Positions 8,207-17,314 of a stretch of 64,000 nucleotides of DNA are shown here, piece by piece. Source of the DNA: an uncultured delta proteobacterium (lineage in GTDB: Bacteria > Myxococcota > B64-G9); assembly GCA_963754925.1 (NCBI GenBank), contig CAVWHX010000001.1, positions 96,001 to 160,000 of the forward strand, in the 5' to 3' direction. The notes below the pieces were generated by a model. The model did no database searches, had not been told where the DNA came from, and worked only from the letters and a program-made list of their open reading frames with translations. The first letter of the stretch is position 1. Every line of letters starts with the position of its first letter. The position numbers and the translations under genes were made by a program.

Positions 8207-10456
8207 ATGGCCGGGAAGAAACTGGAACCACAGCCCTATGCCAAACCGGACCAACTCCAGATCCGGGGCAACGAGATATTTAGCCCTCTTCGACAGAAGT
8301 GGGTATCGCTCACACCGGAAGAGATGGTGCGACAACAGTATCTAAAGGTGCTCGTGGAGGAATACGGGTTCACACATGATCACATGGCCGAAGAAATAGA
8401 AGTTACCGGCAGGGGATCGGCCAAAGCTCGCGCCGACTTCATCATCTGGCGCACCCCAGAGGACAAGGCCGCTCAAAACTCCCCGCTGATTGTCGTGGAA
8501 TGCAAGGCCGACAACGTCGCCATCGACCGCGCGGTCTACGCTCAGGGCGAGAACTACGCCCGCCTTACCAATGCCCCGTTCTTCGTCACCCACAATAACC
8601 GCCAAACACACTACTGGCGCGTTCTGCACGACAAGATGCCGAAGCATGTTGAGGAGATTGAAGGTATTCCCCACGCAGATGCCTCCGATAAAGAGATCAA
8701 GGAACTGATCGAGCGCCTGAAGGTCTTCAAAGAGGATGAGTTTGCTGATCTGCTCCACCAATGTCACAACGTTATCCGTAACCGGGAGAAGCGTGACCCC
8801 GTCGCCGCGTTCGATGAAATCGCCAAAATTCTTTTTATTAAAGTGTACGTGGAGCGCGAACTCAAGGCAAAGCTGAAGCGGCAGAACCTTTTCAGCGTCT
8901 CGTACCTTGAGGAACAACTTGGCGACAATCCGTTGGAAGACCTATTCCAAAAAACAAAGGCGCACTACCAAGCGGACCGCATCTTTGAACCCGACGAGAA
9001 ACTGAACCTGAAACCCGCGACTGGCATTGAGATTGTACGTCTACTTGAGAAGTATAACCTCTCCGATACCAGTGAGGATATCAAGGGAATCGCATTTGAA
9101 CGCTTCCTGGGCAAGACATTCCGTGGCGAGATTGGCCAGTTCTTCACCCCGCGCCCCATTGTCGAGTTCATGGTGCGTATGCTCGACCCAAAGGAAGGCG
9201 AGATTATCTGCGACCCCGCCAGTGGTTCAGGTGGTTTCCTGATCCGCTTCTTCGAGATCGTGCGCCAGCAGATACTGGCCGATGCTGACCGGCAGTACCA
9301 AAAATACAAAACCAAAATCGAAGCCGACAAGAAGTTGTCTGCAGACTCAAAGGCCACGATACTCCGCGAAAAGTTCGCCGAGATCCAAGCCACGCTCGAT
9401 CATAACCGTGAAGGATCTCGGCTCTGGAGCCTCGCTAACCGTTGCATCTATGGCACCGACGCCAACGACCGTATGGCCCGCACCAGCAAAATGAACATGA
9501 TCATGCACGGCGACGGCCACGGTGGCGTCCATCATCATGACGGTTTCCTCAATGTAAACGGCATCTTCGAAGGTCGCTTCGACATCGTTCTGACCAATCC
9601 GCCCTTTGGCGCCAATGTTGAGCCGTCCGACAAGATCCTAGAAGAACAGGTCACACTGCCGGATGAGATCGAACGCGAGTACGCGCGCATCTATGGTACA
9701 CCATACAAAGAAGCCCTGACCCGGGTCCGAGCCGCCAAGGACAAACCTATCGCGAGCCTATTCGAGCTGCCAAAGACCAAAGGCAACGCTGTAGGCAAGA
9801 TCAAAACCGAACTTCTCTTCATCGAGCGTTGCCTAGCGCTCCTGAAACCTGGTGGGCGGATGGGCATCGTGCTGCCCGAAGGCGTGTTCAACAACCCGTC
9901 ACTGGCGTATGTGCGCGAGTTCTGCGAGAACAGCTCCCGAGTTGTGGCGGTGGTCAGTCTGCCTCAAGAGACCTTCTATTCGTCCGGTGCATCGGTAAAG
10001 GCGTCACTACTCTTCCTGAAAAAGTTTAAACTGAAGGAGGCGGCCGACTTCGCGACCAAGCGCGAGGCGGCCAAGTTGAAAGTCGAAGATAAGTACGCTG
10101 ACGAAATCGCGATAGAAACGGGCCGACTAGAAGGGACTATCAAAGCGGCCAAAATAGCCAAGGACGCTGACGCCCGCAACGCCGCCCAACGTGAACTGGC
10201 CAACTATCAGAGAAGAATGGAAGAGACAAAGGCTCGCGAAGCCTGGGCGCTCTTGAAAGAGCACTTCGACTACCCGATCTTCCTATACCAAGCAGAGAAA
10301 GTTGGCATAACCGCCACGGGCGAGTCTGACGCCAACGAACTATACCCAAACGCCAACCCGCCCAATGGGATAAAGCCCGAAGACACCTGCCTTGAGCTTT
10401 ACCGGCGGTTCCTGGATCATCCCAAGGCCTTCGCTTCGGTTGGGGGTGAGGCATGA
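8207..10456 (+). CDS. fused restriction endonuclease (HsdR_N-like PD-(D/E)XK) and N6-adenine methyltransferase (type IIB/IIG-like RM subunit)
   Basis: N-terminal 'PEEMVRQ..RADFII..IVVECK'; MTase motifs 'GQFFTPR', 'DPASGSGGFL', 'TNPPF'. Confidence 0.88.
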   Translation: MAGKKLEPQPYAKPDQLQIRGNEIFSPLRQKWVSLTPEEMVRQQYLKVLVEEYGFTHDHMAEEIEVTGRGSAKARADFIIWRTPEDKAAQNSPLIVVECKADNVAIDRAVYAQGENYARLTNAPFFVTHNNRQTHYWRVLHDKMPKHVEEIEGIPHADASDKEIKELIERLKVFKEDEFADLLHQCHNVIRNREKRDPVAAFDEIAKILFIKVYVERELKAKLKRQNLFSVSYLEEQLGDNPLEDLFQKTKAHYQADRIFEPDEKLNLKPATGIEIVRLLEKYNLSDTSEDIKGIAFERFLGKTFRGEIGQFFTPRPIVEFMVRMLDPKEGEIICDPASGSGGFLIRFFEIVRQQILADADRQYQKYKTKIEADKKLSADSKATILREKFAEIQATLDHNREGSRLWSLANRCIYGTDANDRMARTSKMNMIMHGDGHGGVHHHDGFLNVNGIFEGRFDIVLTNPPFGANVEPSDKILEEQVTLPDEIEREYARIYGTPYKEALTRVRAAKDKPIASLFELPKTKGNAVGKIKTELLFIERCLALLKPGGRMGIVLPEGVFNNPSLAYVREFCENSSRVVAVVSLPQETFYSSGASVKASLLFLKKFKLKEAADFATKREAAKLKVEDKYADEIAIETGRLEGTIKAAKIAKDADARNAAQRELANYQRRMEETKAREAWALLKEHFDYPIFLYQAEKVGITATGESDANELYPNANPPNGIKPEDTCLELYRRFLDHPKAFASVGGEA

Positions 10457-11820
10457 CGTCGGCCCATGCGTGGCTGGTAGTGCCTTGGCGCGAGCTTGAG
10501 CGCTGGGACTACCTATCGAACTTCCAGCGCCACCGCATGAAATGCGCCTATCCGCTTGCGACCACGGGCGACGTGATGACGATTCGACGACAGTTGGCTA
10601 CGGAGCAAGAGTTTTCGTCCGGGGCTGTACGCATGTTAGACCGCGTGAGTTTTGACGGCGAGATCTTCGCAGGCGAACGCCAGAAAACGAAGATGGACCA
10701 ATGGATTGCCGAGCCGGGTGATATTGTGGTCTCCAAGATTCGCGCCCGCCAAGGTTCAATTGGTCTGGTGGAGCCGGGCCAAGGCAAGGTAAGTGTCACA
10801 ATCCATTATCGTGTGCTAACGCCGAACTCAAAGAGAATTGACGCCAAGTATGCGCATTTGGCGATGCGCTCCACTTTCGGCAAGGTGCAATTCCTGGCGG
10901 CAACAGGCGGGGCGATGAAGGGCGAAATAAGCGAAGATGCTTTGCTCAAGATTCAGATACCCCTTCCCTCGCTTCCAGTGCAAAAGAAGATCGTGACAGC
11001 GTGGGAAGCGGCGCAGACGGTAGCGGTGTCAACGGCCGCGAAAATCGAACAGCTCGAACGCGACATCGAAGCCCGCTTTCTGACCGACTTGGGCATCGAG
11101 AATCGCCTATTCTCGCGTCGCCCCAAGTGTTTCACGATGCCATGGCATCTTGCGGAGAGATGGAGCGTCGAATTCCTAACACGCAAAGCACTCGGTTTGA
11201 GTGAAGCAAATAAAGGAAAGTATTACACCAAGCCTTTATCGTTGTTGGCAAAAGGCGTGAGCGGTAGCACGCCCTCAAAAGGGGATTCGCATTTTTGGGG
11301 CGGAAGTGTCCCTTGGGTTTCGCCTAAGGACATGAAGACTGACATTATCATTGACAGCATGGATTACATTACCGAAGAGGCTATTCAAAAGAGGATGGCA
11401 CCTCTTGTTCCTGCCAATTCTATTTTGGTAGTGATGCGTAGCGGCATTCTGCAAAGAACGGTCCCTGTGGCTCTCGCTGACCTGCCAGTTTCCATCAATC
11501 AGGACATGCGTGCCTTTGTCGTGAAAGACAGGGCTGTTTTACTTCCCTCTTTTCTTGCTACCTATCTACAATGCCGACAGGCTGATCTGCTTAAGCTCGT
11601 GAAGTGGAGTACAACCGTCCAGAGTATCAACTCAGAGGAGTTGGAGGCATTCCCCATCCCTTTGCCTACTTTACCGACCCAGCAACAAATAGTAGAGAAG
11701 GTAGCCAAACGGCGGGAAGAAATCGCCAAACTGAAAGCTGAGGCTAAAGGCCGCGCCGACGCGGCCAAAGAAGACATGGAAGCTATGATCCTGGGCACGA
11801 AGAAAGTGGGGGCACCATGA
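10453..11820 (+). CDS. hsdS: restriction-modification specificity subunit S (two TRDs)
   Basis: two 'IPLP.L..Q..IV' conserved regions; 'GSTPSK....WGGSVPWVSPKDMK' TRD. Confidence 0.88.
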   Translation: MTSAHAWLVVPWRELERWDYLSNFQRHRMKCAYPLATTGDVMTIRRQLATEQEFSSGAVRMLDRVSFDGEIFAGERQKTKMDQWIAEPGDIVVSKIRARQGSIGLVEPGQGKVSVTIHYRVLTPNSKRIDAKYAHLAMRSTFGKVQFLAATGGAMKGEISEDALLKIQIPLPSLPVQKKIVTAWEAAQTVAVSTAAKIEQLERDIEARFLTDLGIENRLFSRRPKCFTMPWHLAERWSVEFLTRKALGLSEANKGKYYTKPLSLLAKGVSGSTPSKGDSHFWGGSVPWVSPKDMKTDIIIDSMDYITEEAIQKRMAPLVPANSILVVMRSGILQRTVPVALADLPVSINQDMRAFVVKDRAVLLPSFLATYLQCRQADLLKLVKWSTTVQSINSEELEAFPIPLPTLPTQQQIVEKVAKRREEIAKLKAEAKGRADAAKEDMEAMILGTKKVGAP

Positions 11821-13361
11821 GTCGCGGGAGACAGCAGATCTCGTTCGAAGGTCTGCTTCAGGAAAATGTTCTTGGGATATTCAAGATCATTCGAGGTTTT
11901 GCCGACCTGCGTGATCTCGCAGACGTTTCCGTCGCGATGAAATACCAAGGGGACAAGGACAGCCAGGGTACCGGATATCAACGGCAACTGGACGAGCAGC
12001 ATGTCGAGGATATAAAGCGATTCTTGAGCAAGGGCCGCTATCGTTTCTTCCCCGAGATCGTCCTAAGTCTAAGAAGCAGGGGTTCGGCTGATCCCGTAGT
12101 GCCGTACGCCAAGAGGAGGGCATCTCGGCAGGACAGGGCGTACTGGGTCACCGTGAAGCTCAAGGAGCTTCGCAAAGACGGGTTCACCCGGATTCACCGG
12201 ATTGATGGCAATCACCGTTTAGAGGCTGCCAAGCGCCTTTTTGAAGAACAGAAAACGTCTGCTTCCTTCAGGGACTTCAGCAAAGCTCCCTTTTGCTTCG
12301 TGGTCCTGGACTCAGACCGGCCGGAAGATGACGAACTGGCTGAAGCCATGCTCTTCAACCTGATCAATAGCAAGGCTCTGCCTATCGCTTCGGAACACAG
12401 CCTTTCGGTCCTCATGCGTGATGACGGGGGTTCTGCCGAACGGTTTGTTGAGGACCCTCAAGTTTACCTGACCCGCTGGATACATGGAAAAGTGAAGGAC
12501 TGGCCGCAGGGGTTTTACTCCGCAATGGGGGATACCCCCCTCACACGGCTCCATTCAGCTGCCGAAGTAATGCTCCGGCCCGGTGGTATCTCGAAGACAA
12601 GCCAACAGGATATGGAGACCGAAGCGAAGCAAATCTTTGGCCCATTGTGCGAACTCGCCGTGAAACTGCGTGATCAACACCAACGGTTCGTGTACTCATA
12701 TGCATTTCTACCAATCGCTGCGGAGGTTTATACTCGTCACTCGAAGGTGGACCCTGGCAAGGGTGCAAACACTGAGGTCGAACGTCTCCGTCGCACTGAA
12801 AGCTGGTTGCGCGACTTTGCGTACTGGTTCGATCGTGTCGGCGGCGCAGATATGCCCAGACCGGCTGATCCATCCTTCCTCTGGACCATCTTCAAGCGAG
12901 ATTTCGATAAAAAGGCCGGCCAGGTCTTCATCGTCATGTCTTTCCGAGAGAATAGAACACTCGATAGTGTGCACAAAGCCATAGGAGAGGCCATCGACAA
13001 GTTCAATACCGATCACCCGAACACCCAGCTGTCACCGATCCGCATAGACAAGCAGGAGGGTGACAGCTACGAAATTCCCGCACGGGTCTTCCATGAAATC
13101 GACCAAAGCCGCTTGGTAATCGCTGACCTGACCGACGAGAAGCAAAACGTGTACTGCGAAATCGGCTACGCTAAAGCCAAAGGCATTCCATTCTTCCTGA
13201 CGTTCCATAAAAAGGCTGGAAAAACGCCAGCAGGTCAAAAGTCCGACCCACCAAACAAAGTCCACTTTGATTTGGCGCCGTACCGATACATCGAGTATGA
13301 CAACCCTATTGAACTTAGGGACAACCTCAAGAAGGAACTTGATGCGTGGTACAACCGTTAG
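11817..13361 (+). CDS. DGQHR (DndB/ParB-like) domain fused to a C-terminal nucleoside 2-deoxyribosyltransferase/TIR-like domain
   Basis: 'GYQRQL...FPEIVLS...RIDGNHRL...LFNLINSKALP' at the N-terminus; 'VFIVMSF...RID...IDQSRLVIADLT..KQNVYCEIGYAKAKGIP...VHFDL..YRYIEY' at the C-terminus. Confidence 0.75.
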   Translation: MSRGRQQISFEGLLQENVLGIFKIIRGFADLRDLADVSVAMKYQGDKDSQGTGYQRQLDEQHVEDIKRFLSKGRYRFFPEIVLSLRSRGSADPVVPYAKRRASRQDRAYWVTVKLKELRKDGFTRIHRIDGNHRLEAAKRLFEEQKTSASFRDFSKAPFCFVVLDSDRPEDDELAEAMLFNLINSKALPIASEHSLSVLMRDDGGSAERFVEDPQVYLTRWIHGKVKDWPQGFYSAMGDTPLTRLHSAAEVMLRPGGISKTSQQDMETEAKQIFGPLCELAVKLRDQHQRFVYSYAFLPIAAEVYTRHSKVDPGKGANTEVERLRRTESWLRDFAYWFDRVGGADMPRPADPSFLWTIFKRDFDKKAGQVFIVMSFRENRTLDSVHKAIGEAIDKFNTDHPNTQLSPIRIDKQEGDSYEIPARVFHEIDQSRLVIADLTDEKQNVYCEIGYAKAKGIPFFLTFHKKAGKTPAGQKSDPPNKVHFDLAPYRYIEYDNPIELRDNLKKELDAWYNR

Positions 13362-13515
13362 GTTCAGAGCGAGACGGTAGTGAACATTGCTACAACAACT
13401 ACCTGTATTCGACATTTGGATAACAATCACCGGCACAGTTTAAGCAGGAGCAATTTCGCGACAAAACTCTCTCACAAAAAGCTTGCTAAATTGGGGCAAT
13501 ATTAGGTTCCCATGC

Positions 13516-14727
13516 TCAAGTCTCCCCATCCACATCTTTCCGCTTTCTCAGCTTCACAAAAACCTGCTTCTCTTCTTTTTGAAATCCTTTGATCGTTTTC
13601 ACCAGCTCCTTCGGCCACTGTGCTTCTTCAACCTTCTCCTCTAGATTATGCATGCTGAGATCTGAAACTTCTTCCCACTTGCCAGCCTTCTTAATGAATT
13701 GTTCAAGATCTTCTCGCCGTTCGTCATTTTTTGGCGGAAATTTGTAGCTGGTTTTTCTCCAGATGGTCGCTTCTTTGTCACTACCGACAATGACCTCGAC
13801 CTGGTGTTGGTCAGCATAGGCGATGAGCGCCTGTTCTAGTTCTTCCATTTCCGACCTGATCTCGTCAGAAAGCTTTTTCTTCTTTTCCGATAGCTCTGCT
13901 AGTCGGTTGACCAGCTTCACGCCGGGCTCTTTGAGAAATCGGTTGACTGGGAGGGAATCAACTTTCAAACGATGACCTTTGGCCGGACAAATATCAACAT
14001 AGCTGCACCAGTCGCAAAGTTTGCTTTCGTTGCTCCGGAATTCCTCGGTAGATTCGATTTTCTGAATCAGCCGAAGCGTTTCTTGGCGCAAGGCATCACG
14101 TTCGGCATCGGAGCGCACCGATTCAAGACGGGTGTCTGACTGCAGGTAATGCCAAACCAGCTTCACTTCTTTGGCATTGGGGAACTCATGACGCACTGCC
14201 AGTTCGTACAGGCCAAGCTGCCGGTCGGCATCGGCTTTAGCTTGGGTAGGTAAATATTTGCCGGTCTTATAATCGTGGATCTCAAAAACATGATCCTCCA
14301 GGCGCATGAGGCGATCGATGTAGCCGGTGATGTGGTGTTCGTCATCCAAAGGCAAGGATATGGGCTTTTCCAACCCCAGGATGATGCCCTGGTCAAACGG
14401 GTGGTGGCGCTTATAGAACTGCTGGATACAAATTCGGCCGATTTCCTTGTAGTTGTCCGGCGACAAGTCCGGATTCAGGATCTGGATGTCGTCATGCCAC
14501 TGCGTGCGCCAGCGATTGGAATAATCATCAAGGGTTTCTTCGAGTGTCAGGATCTTGCACGAGCGTACCAATTTGTAAAGCCGCTCCAGGGTTTCGTGAA
14601 CAAGGGTACCGACGAACGACTCGATCCCCGTGACCTCTTTGACTTTGATCTTGTCAATGTACTGGAGCTTATAACGATACGGACATGTTTCGAAGACACT
14701 GAGCTTGGAATGTGAATATCTCTTCAT
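13516..14727 (-). CDS. RecB-family/Cas4-like PD-(D/E)XK nuclease with a probable Fe-S cluster
   Basis: 'YSHSKL..FETCP', 'G.IDRL', 'IHDYKTG', 'QL..Y', C-terminal 'CDWCSYVDICP'; start reset to ATG 14727. Confidence 0.85.
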   Translation of the reverse strand: MKRYSHSKLSVFETCPYRYKLQYIDKIKVKEVTGIESFVGTLVHETLERLYKLVRSCKILTLEETLDDYSNRWRTQWHDDIQILNPDLSPDNYKEIGRICIQQFYKRHHPFDQGIILGLEKPISLPLDDEHHITGYIDRLMRLEDHVFEIHDYKTGKYLPTQAKADADRQLGLYELAVRHEFPNAKEVKLVWHYLQSDTRLESVRSDAERDALRQETLRLIQKIESTEEFRSNESKLCDWCSYVDICPAKGHRLKVDSLPVNRFLKEPGVKLVNRLAELSEKKKKLSDEIRSEMEELEQALIAYADQHQVEVIVGSDKEATIWRKTSYKFPPKNDERREDLEQFIKKAGKWEEVSDLSMHNLEEKVEEAQWPKELVKTIKGFQKEEKQVFVKLRKRKDVDGET

Positions 14728-14794
14728 TTTCCTTCTGTGTGCCATTGAGGAGATGGTATCGTGAATGGTATCGACGATTCCAGGCATTTCTTGG

Positions 14795-14914
14795 GTAGGG
14801 GCAGGTTTGAAGGCGCCCGTTAGCGAGCTTGCTCGCTTACGGGCGCCTGTGCCCATATAACGACAATCCGAACCATGTCGACGATGTGAGGGCGGGTTTC
14901 AAACCCGCCCCTAC
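14795..14914. repeat. GTAG-type REP cluster
   Basis: GTAGGGGCAGGTTTGAA..., nested hairpin AGGCGCCCGT..ACGGGCGCCT, and GGGCGGGTTTCAAACCCGCCCCTAC. Confidence 0.8.
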
Positions 14915-14917
14915 CTA

Positions 14918-14986
14918 TTAATCTTTCGCCCCAAACCCGATTCGCCGTTTTTTCGATTCCGGCTCCGCCATGAGTTGCCGGATTGC
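14918..14986 (-). pseudogene. second copy of the ORF6N gene 3' end
   Basis: encodes AIRQLMAEPESKKRRIGFGAKD*, versus AIRQLMAEPETKKRRIGFGAKDE* at 15471-15542. Confidence 0.85.
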
Positions 14987-15132
14987 AATGTTGAGGAATA
15001 ACCTACAGCCTGTATAACTCACTATTATGCAAAGACTATTTTTGTGGCTCACTTATTAGCATCAAAAACATTTGTCGCTCACTTCTGACACAAAAGTGAG
15101 CGACAAGACAAGTTGTCGCTCATCCATGCAAC

Positions 15133-15411
15133 TCAAAACATTTTTCGACCCTCGGTAATATTTACCAACTCCCCAAAACAGAGCATTGCCGGTTGGCGTC
15201 CCGCCGATTTCTTTATAACTCTTAGTATTCCATTTTTTCTGAGTACATCTAGGATTCGTCTGGCTGTTGGTTCTGGAATCTCTTTGTTGACAGTAAAATC
15301 TGTAGCTAAAAACAAGGGCCGTCGGAAAATAAGATCCACTGCATGGATGGCATATTGTGATCGTGTCAACTTGGCTATTTCACCCTTGTTCTTCTCGTAT
15401 AGATTTAGGAT
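15133..15411 (-). pseudogene. C-terminal fragment of a Fic-family protein (wHTH tail)
   Basis: 'ILNLYE...TRSQYAIHAVDLIFRRPLF...IPEPTARRIL..L...GIL......GRQPAMLCF.ELVNITEG' resembles Fic C-termini; no Fic core, and it is cut at a REP-like sequence. Confidence 0.6.
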
Positions 15412-15470
15412 TCACGCCCTTACAACGGCAATCCGAATGTTTTTCCCAATGATTTGCGAATCGGCCCTGG

Positions 15471-16055
15471 CTATTCGTCTTTCGCCCCAAACCCGATTCG
15501 CCTTTTCTTCGTCTCCGGCTCCGCCATCAGTTGCCGGATGGCATCGAAGATATCTTCGATGCTCTGGTCATGGCCTGAGACCTTATGTTCCAACTCGGCG
15601 AGCTTAACTGCCAGGCCTTTGTGGTGCGACATCATCTCGCGCAGCCGCACGAAGGCACGCATGATCTCGATATTCACCTGTACTGCTCTTGGGCTGCGCA
15701 GCACGCTCGACAGCATGGCTACACCCTGCTCGGTAAAGGCGTAGGGCAGGTGCTTGATGTTCTTACCTTGTTTCAAGATCACAGATTGTGATCTTGAATT
15801 ATCAATTATTCCGGTATGTTCGGCGTTCAAGATCACAGATTGTGATCTTGAATGTTGAGCTTCCTTGACGGTGAGCCGAAACATGAAGTCTTCAGGGAAC
15901 CGCTCAGTGTTCCGCTTGACAGCCTGGACCAGAGCGCGTGTCTCTACCCCGTACAATAAGGCCAGATCTGCATCGATAATGACCTTGTGGCCTCGAATCA
16001 ACAAAATGGACAGCTCGATCCTTTCTGCTGGAACCAAGGCAGTGCTATCGTTCAT
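15471..16055 (-). CDS. ORF6N domain DNA-binding protein
   Basis: 'IRGHKVIIDADLALLYGVETRALVQAVKRNTERFPEDFMFRLT...PYAFTEQGVAMLSSVLRS.RA.QVNIEIMRAFV'. Confidence 0.9.
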   Translation of the reverse strand: MNDSTALVPAERIELSILLIRGHKVIIDADLALLYGVETRALVQAVKRNTERFPEDFMFRLTVKEAQHSRSQSVILNAEHTGIIDNSRSQSVILKQGKNIKHLPYAFTEQGVAMLSSVLRSPRAVQVNIEIMRAFVRLREMMSHHKGLAVKLAELEHKVSGHDQSIEDIFDAIRQLMAEPETKKRRIGFGAKDE

Positions 16056-16377
16056 CTTATGCTCCCCATTTATTGTTGTTTGATGTCGCAAATTGCGACT
16101 TCAAGATTTGAAGTTCCATTTTGGCACTTCAAAGATCTTTACTTGGGTTCTCAGTGAAACAGGTTCAAACTCACCAACAAGTGTTCGATAACCTGCCCAA
16201 AGGAATTTTTCGAATCATACTATGCAAGTGTGACAGGTCAACGGAATTTCCGATTCTTAGAGATTGTAGCAAGCGAAGCGTTGCGTATATGAGATTGTTG
16301 ACGAACGAAGTGAGGATTACAAGCTCATATCCTCAGGACAATCTCTTATCCTTTAGGGTTAGGTGCTGATTTTGCTG

Positions 16378-16486
16378 GTAGGGGCGCAGGCGCCCGTAAA
16401 GCTCGCTACGCTCGCTAACGGGCGCCTGATGAATCACCCCTACAACGACAATCCGAACGTTTTCCCCAATGATTCGCAAACCGCCC
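16378..16486. repeat. REP/REPIN-like element downstream of RAYT
   Basis: GTAGGGGCG...AGGCGCCCGT..ACGGGCGCCT...CACCCCTAC, followed by a linker shared with 15420-15467 and 19987-20031. Confidence 0.75.
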
Positions 16487-16494
16487 GTGCCCCA

Positions 16495-17085
16495 TTACAC
16501 CCATTCATCTAACGAATCCTGTTCAACCGCATCAGGATTTTCCCGATCAAACGCCCAGCGCAGGGGGTTGTCGGTAATGTATTGCCGAATGGTATACAGG
16601 GAATTGTCGTCCCTGATGATGTGTTCGTGGTAATTGCGTTGCCACAGGGAACGTCCTGTTCGCCCTAGGACGCGGTTTGCCGCAATTGCCGAAATCGATT
16701 TGAATGCACGTATCGCATCGCCTAATGTAGGGGCGCTGCTTGCTGCGCCCTTATTATGCGTCGATTTCGTGCGCACGGGCGGGAATGAGGGCAGGGCAAG
16801 CCCTGCCCCTACCACCCCCATAACGACGATTATGCCGTGAAAATGATTTGGCATGACGACGGATTCGTCCACCGTTATAGATGAAAAACGTTGTGGCAAT
16901 GCGGCCCATGTGTGCGCAATGATCTGGCCCGCATCGTTCAACCGCATTTCCCCATCAACCACGTTGCCGAACAGGCATTCGCGACCCCGCGTACAGACGG
17001 TGACGAAATACGCCCCGGCCTGGGCGTAATTGTAACCGCGCAGGCGGATCGATCGACGGTGGCGTTTATCAGGATTGTATTTCAT
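16495..17085 (-). mobile_element. REP-associated tyrosine transposase (RAYT, Y1/IS200-like HUH)
   Basis: 'RRSIRLRGYNY...GAYFVTVCT', HUH motif 'VVMPNHFHGII', 'LWQRNYHEHIIR', 'YITDNP..W..D'; flanked by REPs. Confidence 0.92.
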
Positions 17086-17109
17086 TTGGCACTACAATAC
17101 GACGAGAGG

Positions 17110-17216
17110 GGGCAGGTTTGAAACCCGCCCCTACAATGACGATTCGAACCATGTCGACGATAGAAGGGCAGGTTTGAAACCCGCCCCTACAATGACGATT
17201 CGAACCATGTCGACGA
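17110..17216. repeat. tandem pair of 51-bp REP units upstream of RAYT
   Basis: GGGCAGGTTTGAAACCCGCCCCTACAATGACGATTCGAACCATGTCGACGA at 17110-17160 and 17166-17216. Confidence 0.9.
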
Positions 17217-17314
17217 ATCACGGTGATCCGCATAATTTCGACGACAGAATAGATCTATTGATCAATTGCCGCATTTACCTTACTGTAATTGTTTGAGGTG
17301 AGAGCTTTCATATT

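Noticed and set aside
8207..11820. classical Type I R-M
   Set aside because: There is no HsdR helicase; the nuclease is fused to the MTase.
11817..13361. Dnd phosphorothioation or Dpd system
   Set aside because: Only a DGQHR domain is present; there are no dndCDE, ssp or dpdA/C genes in the window.
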